Origin: an uncultured Lentisphaerales bacterium
GTDB lineage: Bacteria; Verrucomicrobiota; Kiritimatiellia; RFP12; UBA3636
Assembly (NCBI GenBank): GCA_964553035.1
Contig: CAZKJH010000002.1
Coordinates: 1,193-60,991, forward strand
DNA: 59,799 bases
Reading direction: 5' to 3'
Shown: piece after piece, positions 10,529 to 20,062 of the stretch
How positions within the stretch are numbered: position 1 is the stretch's first letter
Layout: every line of letters begins with the position of its first letter
The notes under the pieces: generated by a model
Told to the model about the DNA's origin: nothing
Databases searched by the model: none
Seen by the model: only the letters and a program-made list of their open reading frames with translations
Position numbers and translations under genes: made by a program

Positions 10529-10920
10529 GATGATGTTTTCCTGTTGATACTTGAAAGTCTTAAATGATGCGTCAAAGAAGTAAAATAAAAAATGGCCTCA
10601 GTGGGTTTTTAACTTGGTTTATGTTGAAGCACACAAGATCAAACAATTTTTTCTAAATGCTATCCGATTCATTTTTATTTCCGATTTGCGTCAAATATAC
10701 TGCGTTACTGAAACAGATGCAATGCGTTTCTTTATCGTTGGAGAGAAGGAGATAAAAATGACTCGTGATAGACTTGTAATCAACGTTCATCTTCCATAAG
10801 CAAAGGACTTCAAATATTCACAACGCATGCCTATACCCCCAAGTGAGCAACCAAATCAGGCGATAAAGGATCTGTTCCTGAAAATAAAGCAGATTGGACA
10901 ACCTTTGTATCTATTCAACA

Positions 10921-10989
10921 CAGTACTCCCAGTATTCCCAGAAATCACAGTACTCCCAGTTCTCACACCAGCTCTCTTCCCAGAACTCC
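10921..10989. repeat. Degenerate 9-bp tandem repeat (CAGTACTCC-like)
   Basis: cagtactcc cagtattcc cagaaatca cagtactcc cagttctca ... cagaactcc; overlaps the bioF 3' end. Confidence 0.7.
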
Positions 10990-12171
10990 CCCACGTTCCG
11001 AGAGCTTCAGAACCACCGTAGCGAGTGCTTCAATCTCCTCGGGTGTGATTGCGGCCGTCAACGAAAAGCGAATCCTCGACGTGCCTTCTGCAACGGTCGG
11101 AGGGCGAACGGGTAACGCATAGTATCCTGCATCCCTCAGCTTCTGTGCACAGGCAATGGTGTCCGCGTTGGAGCCGATAACCCAGGGAACAATCTGCGAT
11201 GCCGATGGACAAGCACAGCCTGCTTGCTGAACAGCCGTAGTAAGCGTTTTGCCATACGCTACCAATCGTGCTCGGCGTTCACTCAATCCAGACAATCTTT
11301 CTACAACGAAGTTCGTCCACTGCAAATTTACCGGTGGAAGTGCTGTCGTGAAAATTAGTGTTCGCATTTTATTGACAAGCCAATCACAAACGAGGCGGCT
11401 CGTTATCACAAACGCACCCGTCGAGGCAAGCGCCTTGCCAAACGTCCCCACTAAAAAATCAATATCAACCAACGTCCCCGTTTCTTCTGCAACACCAAGC
11501 CCAATAAGGCCACGCACACCAACCGCATGCGCTTCGTCTACATACAGCAACACGTTGGGGAATTCTTTTTTTATTGCGACGAGCGCAGGCAAATTTGCAC
11601 TATCGCCATCCATACTAAAAATACTCTCCGTCACAACAATCCTAACTCGTTCAGGATGCTGTTCCACCGAAGCCGTGAGCAGACGCCGAAGCTCTGTCAA
11701 ATTATTGTGCCGAAAACGCACGCACGTTGCATCGGAAAGACGAATGCCATCAATGAGGCTTGCATGAACAAGCTTATCTGCAAAAATTTCCGTGTCGCGG
11801 TCTGCAATCGCCGGAAGAATTCCAGTATTGGCATGATAGCCACTGCCAAAGACAAGAGCAGCCTCAGCCTTATAGAGCGATTTCAACGTCGCCTCGAGCC
11901 GCGTATACGCCTCCGAGTTCCCAGTCAACAGACGCGACGAGGAGGCGGTTGGGGAAAAACTCTCTGGCGTTAGGGTATCGAAAAACTCTTCGCGCAAAGA
12001 GAGGTCGGCGGCAATTCCGAGATAATCGTTCGATGAGAGATTGAGCAGTTCACGTCCCTCGCAAATCGCGTGGCAGTGTCTGAACTCTGCCACAGGAAGC
12101 GTGCGCAAATTGCCCGTCGTTCGAAGACGGGCGAGTTCCAATTCCATGCGTTCGTAAAGCGAATTGCTCAT
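10963..12171 (-). CDS. bioF: 8-amino-7-oxononanoate synthase
   Basis: SSNDYLG, SRLLTG, HASLIDG, DEAHAVG, TFGKA, VRPPTV. Confidence 0.95.
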   Translation of the reverse strand: MSNSLYERMELELARLRTTGNLRTLPVAEFRHCHAICEGRELLNLSSNDYLGIAADLSLREEFFDTLTPESFSPTASSSRLLTGNSEAYTRLEATLKSLYKAEAALVFGSGYHANTGILPAIADRDTEIFADKLVHASLIDGIRLSDATCVRFRHNNLTELRRLLTASVEQHPERVRIVVTESIFSMDGDSANLPALVAIKKEFPNVLLYVDEAHAVGVRGLIGLGVAEETGTLVDIDFLVGTFGKALASTGAFVITSRLVCDWLVNKMRTLIFTTALPPVNLQWTNFVVERLSGLSERRARLVAYGKTLTTAVQQAGCACPSASQIVPWVIGSNADTIACAQKLRDAGYYALPVRPPTVAEGTSRIRFSLTAAITPEEIEALATVVLKLSERGGVLGRELV

Positions 12172-13442
12172 CAACACTGCTCCCCGACAACTTTACACAT
12201 TACGGTCGTCATTTTTCTCACTTCATCGGCTGTGCTGATGTACGGCGGCATGACATAGACGAGTCGGCCAAAGGGTCGGATCCAAACGCCTTCCTCGACG
12301 AAGCGGCGTTGGATTATTCCCATGTCAATCGGCTTCTTCATTTCAATGACGCCGATTGCACCGAGAATACGCACATCTGCAACTTGTCGAAGTGCTTTCG
12401 CTGGCGCAAGTCCTGTCTCCAGCCACTCAGAAATTTGTTGAACCTTTTCCTGCCATCCTGAAGCAAGAAGGAGTCGCGTCGAAGCTAATGCAATGGCACA
12501 CGCGAGCGGATTAGCCATGAACGTAGGCCCATGCATAAAACATCCGGGATCCTTAGAAGAAATCACCTCGGCTACCTGGGCGGTGGTGAGAACTGCGGAA
12601 AGTGTCAGATACCCACCCGTCAAGGCCTTGCCGATGCACATGATGTCGGGCTCGACACCGGCATGTTCCCAAGCAAAAAGTTTACCTGTGCGACCAAAGC
12701 CTGTCGCAATTTCATCAAAAATTAAAAGTATATCATGCTGACGACAAAGCGTCGCGGCGCGACGGAGGTATTCCGGGTGGTAGAAACGCATGCCGCCGGC
12801 TCCCTGTACTACTGGCTCGAGAATGAGGGCTGCAATATCGTCCGCCTGCTCTGCGAGGAGCTTTTCGAGCGGTTGAATATCCGATTCCATCCAATCGCCA
12901 CCAAAACGTGATTGTGGCGCGGGCATAAAATGACGGATCGGCAGAGACAACCCGAAGATTGAATGCATCCCCGTTACGGGATCGCAAACCGACATCGCAT
13001 TCCACGTGTCACCATGATAACCAGAGCGGATCGTGGCAAAGTTCGACTTCTCGGATCGACCTGAGGTATGTTGGAACTGCACCGCCATCTTCATGGCAAC
13101 CTCAACTGCCACTGAACCCGAATCAGCATAGAAGATATGCTGCATCGACTGGGGGCCAATAGAGAGTAACAACTTGCCCAGCTCAATCGCCGGTGCATGC
13201 GTCAAGCCACCGAACATCACATGCGACATCGCGTCAAGCTGTGTTTTCGCCGCCTCATTCAGAACTGGGTGGTTGTAGCCGTGAATGGCGCACCACCACG
13301 AGGACATGCCGTCGATCAGTTTCGTTCCGTCCTCAAGCTCGAGCATGACACCCGATGCACGCCGAACGGGATAAACGGGAAGTGGGTTCGTCGCCGATGT
13401 GTAGGGATGCCAGAGGTGATTCTTGTCGAATTCAGTGTTCAT
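12171..13442 (-). CDS. bioA: Adenosylmethionine-8-amino-7-oxononanoate aminotransferase
   Basis: [56 protein letters not shown]. Confidence 0.96.
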   Translation of the reverse strand: MNTEFDKNHLWHPYTSATNPLPVYPVRRASGVMLELEDGTKLIDGMSSWWCAIHGYNHPVLNEAAKTQLDAMSHVMFGGLTHAPAIELGKLLLSIGPQSMQHIFYADSGSVAVEVAMKMAVQFQHTSGRSEKSNFATIRSGYHGDTWNAMSVCDPVTGMHSIFGLSLPIRHFMPAPQSRFGGDWMESDIQPLEKLLAEQADDIAALILEPVVQGAGGMRFYHPEYLRRAATLCRQHDILLIFDEIATGFGRTGKLFAWEHAGVEPDIMCIGKALTGGYLTLSAVLTTAQVAEVISSKDPGCFMHGPTFMANPLACAIALASTRLLLASGWQEKVQQISEWLETGLAPAKALRQVADVRILGAIGVIEMKKPIDMGIIQRRFVEEGVWIRPFGRLVYVMPPYISTADEVRKMTTVMCKVVGEQC

Positions 13443-13447
13443 GAAAA

Positions 13448-14416
13448 TCAGCCAACCGTATACCCAGCCTCGCGGATGAGCACTTTGTCATTGGAAATCG
13501 TCGAACCAATGGTGGTCAACAAATCCCCCACGATAGCCGCATTGATACCCGTGCGTAACGCACGCTTCACACCCTCGGATGAAAGCTTGTCGCGTCCACC
13601 CGCAAATCGCAGATAGGCGGGTGGATGAATAAGCCTGAAGAGTGCAATGCTCACTATGATTTCGTCTTCGCTTAGCGGTTTCTGGGTTGCAAGCGGCGTC
13701 CCAGGGATAGGACAGAGGAGATTGATGGGGATTGATGACACCTCCAGCTCTTTCAAGGCAAAGGCCATCTCGATGCGCTGTTGCATCGTTTCGCCCATGC
13801 CGAAGATTCCTCCGCTACAAATCTCCATGCCCACCCGCTTGGCGGCTTTCAACGTATTGACCTTATCCTCGATTGCATGGGTGGTGCAAAGCTCATCGAA
13901 AAATGTGGGTGCCGTTTCGAGATTGCAATGGTAGCGAACGACTCCGGCTTCAAAGAGTTTTGCTAAAGCCGCCTCGTCCATCAGTCCCAGCGAAGCGCAT
14001 AACTTAATTTTCGATTTGGCCTTGATCGCGCGAACCGCTAAGCAGATCTCCTCCAGCATGGCGGCATCTGGCTTTCTGCCGCTGGTCACCAGCGAAAAGC
14101 GAGCAACACCATGGTCTTCGTTATGCAGAGCATATTCAACGCATTTCTCGGAGCCGACAAAGCCATACACCTCGGCAGTCGTGGAATGGTAAGCCGATTG
14201 CGAACACCATTTGCAGTTTTCAGGACAGGCTCCAGACTTGGCGTTGATGATCGAGCACATGTCAAATTGCCGAGGCGCCATGCGTTCGGTGATGATCTCA
14301 GCAGCTTTGCAAATATCGGCAAGTGGGACATTCTTGTAGATCATCAACGCATCGGACGGAGAGAGAGTCTCACCTTGCAGAAGCTTATTCAGTTGGTATT
14401 GGATTTTTATAGTCAT
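13448..14416 (-). CDS. bioB: Biotin synthase
   Basis: Radical [39 protein letters not shown]. Confidence 0.96.
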   Translation of the reverse strand: MTIKIQYQLNKLLQGETLSPSDALMIYKNVPLADICKAAEIITERMAPRQFDMCSIINAKSGACPENCKWCSQSAYHSTTAEVYGFVGSEKCVEYALHNEDHGVARFSLVTSGRKPDAAMLEEICLAVRAIKAKSKIKLCASLGLMDEAALAKLFEAGVVRYHCNLETAPTFFDELCTTHAIEDKVNTLKAAKRVGMEICSGGIFGMGETMQQRIEMAFALKELEVSSIPINLLCPIPGTPLATQKPLSEDEIIVSIALFRLIHPPAYLRFAGGRDKLSSEGVKRALRTGINAAIVGDLLTTIGSTISNDKVLIREAGYTVG

Positions 14417-14485
14417 GATGACGTCTTCATCTCAGCGGCGGCACTGACAACATAACCAGTAGCGGATACAGTGCATAAGGCTGGT

Positions 14486-14514
14486 ATTATAACGCTTTAC
14501 GCTACCCTGCTCAA
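14486..14514 (-). promoter_or_regulatory. sigma70 promoter of bioB-bioA-bioF
   Basis: On the minus strand TTGAGC-17 bp-TATAAT, about 70 bp upstream of the bioB ATG. Confidence 0.7.
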
Positions 14515-14532
14515 TGTTTTTATACTCGTCCC

Positions 14533-14653
14533 GAATGGCGCTAACTTAAGCCCTGTTTCCAGCTCTTACTCTTAATCCTAATCTTAATCCGTTCTGTTGA
14601 AGAGATTACGATTACGATTATGAAGGAGAGATTTCCTTAAGTTAGCACCATTC
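14533..14653. mobile_element. MITE-like palindromic element, 121 bp
   Basis: 18-bp TIRs GAATGGCGCTAACTTAAG / CTTAAGTTAGCACCATTC (1 mismatch). Internal, roughly complementary hexamer runs (cttaat/cctaat vs gattac). No TSD seen. Confidence 0.7.
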
Positions 14654-14675
14654 ACGCCTGTTCCCTGATTTTTCC

Positions 14676-14933
14676 CATGACCACGATGTCTCCAGGCCTA
14701 AGGGTCGGAACGAGTATCTCTTGCACTTAGGTCTGGAATATCTCGGCGTCTGTAGCGGCATCCACACTGAGGCAGGCCGTTTCACCGTTCGCCCTCACGG
14801 AGGAAATCAAGGTCCTCACGCTCCAGTGTCCGTGCGGTGCGGAATCGTTGGCGCGCATCCCCTTCGTCGCCCGACCATAAAGCCGCGTCATGTTCGTCTT
14901 GACACCGGATTCGTCGATGAAAACAAGGCGCCT
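14676..14933 (-). pseudogene. IS630-family transposase fragment (DDE domain)
   Basis: Manual translation RRLVFIDESGVKTNMTRLYGRA...APHGHW...IFQT*VQEILVPTLRPGDIVVM. In-frame TAA at 14727-14729; both ends missing. Confidence 0.88.
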
Positions 14934-15934
14934 TGTGACAACCTACCTCCTGCTTCCCACAGCGTTTCACTTTTCGGCGGTGGCACTTCCAGAACAATTG
15001 TATCACCCGAAAATGGATGGACGAACGCTAAGCGCCAAGAATGCAGTGCCTGACGTTTCATACGCAACGCAGCGAAGTCTTGCTCGGTAATCGCGTCGTG
15101 CACCATGCGCGTATAAATGGTTTCGTCGACCCCGTAAAGCTTGTCACCCACAACAGGATAACCGATGGCCTTGAGCGTGGCACGGATCTGATGCGGACGC
15201 CCTGTAATCGGTTCGACCTCAAGAAACGATAATCCGTTACACGTCCAAACGCACTTAAAATTCGTTTCCGCATTCTGTCCTTTGCCGTCAGGTGCACCCT
15301 CAACAAACACGCGCTTTTTTCGAACGATGGGGCCTCGCACCAATTTGACAACTCCGGTAACGTGGTAAACTTCGCCAGATGGAGCGAGGCTCCACTCCCC
15401 TTCCACAAGCACGAGGTATTGTTTGGAATAGCGACCTGCCATCATGGCAAGGCCACAACGAGAGGCGGTGTCCTGCGTCTTCGCAACGAGCACAAGACCT
15501 GAAGTTTCACGGTCAATGCGATTAACAAGGAAAGCATTCGGAAACCCATTTCGTGAAACCAGCATCCGCGAAAGCGAATGCTCGTAGTAGCGCCCCGCAG
15601 GATGACACGGTAAATTCCCACTTTTGTTCACAACGGCGATCTGGTCGTCCTCAAACACAATGTCATACGTGTCATCAACATCCGGCTCAACCACCGGCAC
15701 AGAACGGTACTCGATGCACATACCCTCAACCAATTCCAGATCAGGCGGTGGTATAGCGGCATCAATACTCAAAGTCTCTTCGGCAATGGCGCTAAGCCAA
15801 GCTTCACGAGGATACGATGGAAACAGGCTTACCACACGATCGATGAGTGTGAACCCTGCGTCGCAATCTTTTACTCGATACGAAAGCGTACGCCGCCCGA
15901 CGGGGCTCACCGAAAAACCATCAGCCTTCTTCAT
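14888..15934 (-). CDS. RluA-family pseudouridine synthase with N-terminal S4-like region
   Basis: VNKSGNLPCHP, NRIDRETSGL, TGRPHQIR, VVGDKLYG, QALHS. Start reassigned to ATG 15934, overlapping the regulator stop. Confidence 0.9.
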   Translation of the reverse strand: MKKADGFSVSPVGRRTLSYRVKDCDAGFTLIDRVVSLFPSYPREAWLSAIAEETLSIDAAIPPPDLELVEGMCIEYRSVPVVEPDVDDTYDIVFEDDQIAVVNKSGNLPCHPAGRYYEHSLSRMLVSRNGFPNAFLVNRIDRETSGLVLVAKTQDTASRCGLAMMAGRYSKQYLVLVEGEWSLAPSGEVYHVTGVVKLVRGPIVRKKRVFVEGAPDGKGQNAETNFKCVWTCNGLSFLEVEPITGRPHQIRATLKAIGYPVVGDKLYGVDETIYTRMVHDAITEQDFAALRMKRQALHSWRLAFVHPFSGDTIVLEVPPPKSETLWEAGGRLSQGALFSSTNPVSRRT

Positions 15935-17324
15935 ACTTCCATTCATTAAGCTTACGATGCAAGGTGCGACGGCTGATTCCAAGCACAAGGGCGGCCTTCG
16001 ACTTGTTGCCCTTCGCGGCATCGAGTGCCGAGAGAATCTTGCGCTTCTCTGTCTCCGAGAGCGACTCGGTAGGCGAATCTCCAACGAAGTTCGAAACAGA
16101 AATGTGCTGTGCATCCACGGCAGGGCGGCTCCGATCCACCTCCGCCCTGATGTTGGCAGGAACGTCTTCAATAGTCAGTACCTCACCATGCGCCAACACG
16201 ACCATCTTCTCGATAGTATTACGAAGTTCACGAACGTTTCCGGGCCAACTATAGGCCTGAAGTAGTGCGGCAGCATCGGCATTAATTCGCGTGATCTTAC
16301 GTCCGTTAATTTCGGCGAATTCTTTCACGAAATGATTGCTGAGTACGGGAATGTCATTTGCGCGTTCATGCAGAAGCGGCATGCGGATTGCAACGACATC
16401 AAGACGGTAATAAAGATCCTCACGGAATTTACCTTCGTCGACATACTGTTTGAGATTGCGGTTCGTTGCCGCGATGATTCGGATGTTGACCTCAATCGTC
16501 TCTGTACCGCCGACGCGTTCAAACTTGCGCTCCTCCAACACGCGCAGGAGCTTCACTTGCACCTCGGGTTCAATTTCGGAAATTTCGTCCAGAAAAAGCG
16601 TCCCTCCGTCTGCCATTTCAAAGCGTCCCTTACGCTGCGCTGCGGCACCTGTAAAAGCACCTTTTTCATGACCAAAAAGTTCACTTTCTAGCAAGGTAGA
16701 GCTCAAGGCGGCACAGTGCACGGCAACGAAAGGACCGCTGTCGCGTGTGCTGAGTCGATGGATCGCTTGCGCCACAAGTTCCTTGCCCGTACCGCTTGCA
16801 CCCTGAATGAGGATGGTGGCTTGCGTAGGTGCTGCCTGACGTATGATGTCAAAGAGACTTTCCATTGCAGGAGAACTGCCGATGATCCTTTCGAGACCAA
16901 ACTTAGAATCAAGCTGCCGCTTGAGATCCCGATTTTCGCTCTCCAAATTGCGCTGCTTAATGGCACGGGCAAGCGTGATGTCGAGATGGTCTAAATTGAC
17001 TGGTTTCGTCAGGAAGTCAGTGGCCCCTTGCTTCATCGCTTCCACGGCAGTCTCCACACTTCCGTATGCTGTCAGCATGATACAGACAACATCAGGATAG
17101 CGAGAAACAACGCCCTTCAGAAGATCAATGCCATCCATTCCCGGCATACGCACATCGGAGAGCATCACATCAACAGGATGCTCCGCAAGCACCGCCATCG
17201 CAGTTTGCGCACTTTCCGCCAGATGAACGTCGTAGTCACGCCGTAAGGCACGAGCGAGCCCCTCACGCGTATTCTTCTCATCGTCGACAACCAGAACCGA
17301 ATACTTAACCTTATCGTTCGCCAT
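15921..17324 (-). CDS. sigma54-dependent response regulator (NtrC/AtoC/ZraR type)
   Basis: Receiver domain (VVDDE, SDVRMP), GASGTGKE, ESELFGHEKGAFTGA, FLDEI, WPGNVREL, Fis-type HTH. Confidence 0.96.
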   Translation of the reverse strand: MANDKVKYSVLVVDDEKNTREGLARALRRDYDVHLAESAQTAMAVLAEHPVDVMLSDVRMPGMDGIDLLKGVVSRYPDVVCIMLTAYGSVETAVEAMKQGATDFLTKPVNLDHLDITLARAIKQRNLESENRDLKRQLDSKFGLERIIGSSPAMESLFDIIRQAAPTQATILIQGASGTGKELVAQAIHRLSTRDSGPFVAVHCAALSSTLLESELFGHEKGAFTGAAAQRKGRFEMADGGTLFLDEISEIEPEVQVKLLRVLEERKFERVGGTETIEVNIRIIAATNRNLKQYVDEGKFREDLYYRLDVVAIRMPLLHERANDIPVLSNHFVKEFAEINGRKITRINADAAALLQAYSWPGNVRELRNTIEKMVVLAHGEVLTIEDVPANIRAEVDRSRPAVDAQHISVSNFVGDSPTESLSETEKRKILSALDAAKGNKSKAALVLGISRRTLHRKLNEWKYEEG

Positions 17325-17327
17325 TTC

Positions 17328-18530
17328 TTATCGGTCCTCCATATTCTCACTTTTAGTAAACCGATTCGCCGTCAGCATCCGCGCCTTGCGGTCAGCAATC
17401 GGTAGCACAATCCTAAAACAAGTTCCCGCTCCCGGTTTACTCGAAACATCGAGTCGCCCACCATGGTCTTGCACAATGCGCTGAACAATGGTTAGACCTA
17501 GGCCGTTGCCTGTCGCCTTTCCGGTATGAAAAGGTTCAAAGAGGCGTGAGAAATCCTCCTCAGAAATTCCAGATCCTGTATCCTTAAACGAGAGCGTCAT
17601 ATCTCTATCATCCGCCGAAAGCATGATCTCAAGGTTGCCGCCATCGTGCATCGCCTGCATGGCATTCTTGACGATGTTAAAGAATACCTGCTTCATTTGC
17701 TGGGGGTCGATGAAGACCGCTGGCAGATTGTTGTCGTGCAACACCGACACCACAATTCGATGTTCGCCAATATCCGATTTCATGATCTTAATGGCATCCT
17801 GGAGCACCTCCAACATGTTACACAACACAAGCTCCGGCGCACTGGGACGCAACGCGCGGAGAAATTTTGAAATGATGAGGTCGAGTCTCGACACCTCGTC
17901 GCGGGCTACCGAAACCAGCTCACCAATTCGCTCTTGATCTTCTTCCGGGAGTCCTCCCAGTTCACGGGACAACAACTGCAAATGGATGCCCAGCGCATTG
18001 ATGGGATTGCCGATCTCGTGTGCAAGGCTCGCAGCGAGAATACGGATCGCCTGCATCCGCTCTGACTCCACATTCGAGGCCTCGGTTTGACGCTCCCGTG
18101 TGACATCGCGTAGAATCGCCACAACGCACGGACCCGCCTCTTCAGGCCCCGCTTCCATTGGCACTGCGTAAATGCTCAACACGCGCCGAGTCGGGTACAA
18201 AATTTCAACTTCGCTGGTCGACAGCTTCGCCCACTCTTTTTCCTCCCGACGAGCAAGCCCCTCCCAATCTACTCCCGGGATATAACGCGTGATGGGACGC
18301 CCGCGCATACGCGAGATCTCGAAACCAAACATCAATTCAGCCGCATGATTTGCATAGAACAATCGACTGTCGGCTGAAACGACAATGACGCCCTCTTGAA
18401 TCGACTGGAATAATGTCTCCAAAAGACCGCGCTCCCGCGCAAGATTCAGAAACTGCGTTTGCAGACTCTCCGAATCCAGCCGGTTCATCCGTGCAACTAA
18501 TTTATCAAGAAAACCACTTTGTGATGACAT
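17328..18530 (-). CDS. Cytoplasmic PAS-domain sensor histidine kinase
   Basis: PAS region, H-box LAHEIGNP, N-box NIVKNAMQA, G-boxes DTGSGI and GNGLGL. GGAGGAGG RBS before ATG 18530. Confidence 0.93.
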   Translation of the reverse strand: MSSQSGFLDKLVARMNRLDSESLQTQFLNLARERGLLETLFQSIQEGVIVVSADSRLFYANHAAELMFGFEISRMRGRPITRYIPGVDWEGLARREEKEWAKLSTSEVEILYPTRRVLSIYAVPMEAGPEEAGPCVVAILRDVTRERQTEASNVESERMQAIRILAASLAHEIGNPINALGIHLQLLSRELGGLPEEDQERIGELVSVARDEVSRLDLIISKFLRALRPSAPELVLCNMLEVLQDAIKIMKSDIGEHRIVVSVLHDNNLPAVFIDPQQMKQVFFNIVKNAMQAMHDGGNLEIMLSADDRDMTLSFKDTGSGISEEDFSRLFEPFHTGKATGNGLGLTIVQRIVQDHGGRLDVSSKPGAGTCFRIVLPIADRKARMLTANRFTKSENMEDR

Positions 18531-18542
18531 AGCCTCCTCCTT

Positions 18543-18594
18543 CAATGTGCGACATAATAGCTCATATACTACACAGAATGTCACACACTGTCAA
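18543..18594 (-). promoter_or_regulatory. sigma70 promoter with overlapping inverted-repeat operator candidate
   Basis: TTGACA(18594-18589)-17 bp-TAGTAT(18571-18566). Inverted repeat CAATGTGCGACAT / ATGTCACACACTG flanks the -10. Confidence 0.65.
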
Positions 18595-18728
18595 CCGATT
18601 GTGGAATCTCTAATAATTTCTACAATCTCACGAAAGCGTCTTCCGAGACCAGCTTCACAGGCCTCGTAAAACCCTACTGCAGCAAGAAATTCTGCACGAG
18701 CGGCTGGATCAAATACAATACCGCTCAT
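18591..18728 (-). pseudogene. Truncated RelE/ParE-family toxin (45 aa)
   Basis: MSGIVFDPAARAEFLAAVGFYEACEAGLGRRFREIVEIIRDSTIG* matches only the N-terminal half of ParE-like toxins. ATGA overlap with the antitoxin. Confidence 0.75.
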
Positions 18729-18955
18729 CCAAGTAACCCATCAGCTTCATCAAATACTTTTGCAGCAGGAATCGGTTGCCGTAGGCCGGCTTGATATTCA
18801 GAGTATCGACGCTCCGCCTCTGCCACCCAAGCAGAATCCACCTCCGACAGAGCCTCACTCCCCAGAGAGCTGAGAAGTCTATCAGCTAAAAAAGCGCGCT
18901 CATCTCGCGTTAGGCTTAGTGCTTCCTGTTCAACCTTATCTAAAACAGCAATCAT
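18725..18955 (-). CDS. Addiction-module antitoxin (TIGR02574-like)
   Basis: EALSL...ERAFLADRLLSSL...VDSAWVAEAERR pattern; 76 aa; directly upstream of the toxin fragment. Confidence 0.85.
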   Translation of the reverse strand: MIAVLDKVEQEALSLTRDERAFLADRLLSSLGSEALSEVDSAWVAEAERRYSEYQAGLRQPIPAAKVFDEADGLLG

Positions 18956-19099
18956 TTATACTCCCTTTCTTTATTCTAAATATTCAAGCTCCAAACATCT
19001 GAATATATTATATCGAAGTGTCAACTCTCGTCTTCATAACATACGGCAATTATAGAACGGTTCAGAATTATGGGCAAGGGATTTTTGAAAAATGTCCTC

Positions 19100-19129
19100 T
19101 TGACCAAATGGGTCTGAGAGTGATATATT
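19100..19129 (+). promoter_or_regulatory. Probable tRNA promoter
   Basis: TTGACC-18 bp-TATATT with an extended TG, 14 bp before the tRNA. Confidence 0.5.
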
Positions 19130-19143
19130 TGACTCTGTTTTAC

Positions 19144-19219
19144 GCCAATATAGCTCAGCTGGTAGAGCAGCGCATTCGTAATGCGCAGGTCGTCGGTTCG
19201 ATTCCGACTGTTGGCTCCA
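19144..19219 (+). tRNA. tRNA-Thr (anticodon CGT)
   Basis: GCCAATA acceptor stem, D-arm AGCTCAGCTGGTAGAGC, anticodon arm GCGCA-TTCGTAA-TGCGC, GGTTCGATTCC, encoded CCA. Confidence 0.97.
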
Positions 19220-19227
19220 TCACTTTG

Positions 19228-19259
19228 GCCCTGCCTGGCAATCCGGGTAGGGCTTTTTT
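19228..19259 (+). terminator. Intrinsic terminator after tRNA-Thr
   Basis: GCCCTGCCTGG-CAAT-CCGGGTAGGGC followed by T6. Confidence 0.85.
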
Positions 19260-19303
19260 ATTCAAGAACTAGCTAACAGAGGCATCCGAGAAGGTAGGGA
19301 ACC

Positions 19304-20062
19304 ATGGCAAGCAAATCAAAAAGCGGCCGATTCAGTCCACGAGGGCTGACCATCATGCATGAAGACCGCGATATGTTTGTCGTGAACAAGAAACCCGGCG
19401 TCCTATCCTGCGAGACCGTGAAGCGAGAAGCCCTTACGGCACAAAACGTCCTGACGGACTACATGCGAAAAGGTTGCCAGGCCTCTCGAAAGCAGGCTTT
19501 TCTCGTTCACCGGCTTGACCGCGAGACTTCAGGCATCCTGCTGTTCGCCAAGACCTACGACATGCAGCAGAATTTGAAGAACGACTGGAAACAGACCGAG
19601 AAGTTCTATCTGGCGGCTGTCTATGGTCGGCCTGAACAGGAAACCGGAATTTTCTCCAGCTATCTAGCAGAAGATGAAAACTTCCGTGTCTTCTCGGTTC
19701 TCGACCCGGAAAAGGGTCGTTTTTCACAGACCGAGTACCGCGTCATTGGCGAAATTAACAACATAACTCTGCTCAAGATTCGCCTGCTGACCGGTCGCAA
19801 AAATCAAATTCGCGTCCACTTCGCCGAACACGGTATGCCGGTTGTCGGCGATAACAAATACAATTGGAAAGATCCCTTCAAACAGCGGCTGTGCCTTCAC
19901 GCGAAGTCAATCTCGTTCAATCATCCCTTCAACGGCAAGCGGTGCTTCTTCGCCACGGATATTCCACAGGTTTTCCGTGACATCGCCAAAGGCATTTCCG
20001 AAGCGGACTGGGATCAGGCAGAGATGGGGTCACAAACGAACGCGATCAACGACCCCGAATAA
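19304..20062 (+). CDS. RluA-family pseudouridine synthase
   Basis: VNKKPGVLS, HRLDRETSG, TGRKNQIRVH, VVGDNKY, LCLHA. Confidence 0.93.
   Translation: MASKSKSGRFSPRGLTIMHEDRDMFVVNKKPGVLSCETVKREALTAQNVLTDYMRKGCQASRKQAFLVHRLDRETSGILLFAKTYDMQQNLKNDWKQTEKFYLAAVYGRPEQETGIFSSYLAEDENFRVFSVLDPEKGRFSQTEYRVIGEINNITLLKIRLLTGRKNQIRVHFAEHGMPVVGDNKYNWKDPFKQRLCLHAKSISFNHPFNGKRCFFATDIPQVFRDIAKGISEADWDQAEMGSQTNAINDPE

Noticed and set aside
10758-11021. RBS plus 13-aa ORF continuing in frame past a TAA into a 64-aa ORF (possible pseudogene or readthrough)
   Set aside because: No recognisable domain; the distal part is just the translated 9-bp repeat and antisense bioF.
15935-16171. N-terminal extension of RluA in the ORF track
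   Set aside because: It overlaps the regulator CDS in another frame; ATG 15934 is the more plausible start. The same reasoning applies to the extended starts given for the thiouridylase, pheS, rnc, xerD and purC.
15624-16265. 213-aa antisense ORF, and similar shadows such as 42719-43354, 57459-58034 and 58831-59340
   Set aside because: These lie antisense to well-supported genes and show no motifs or RBS.
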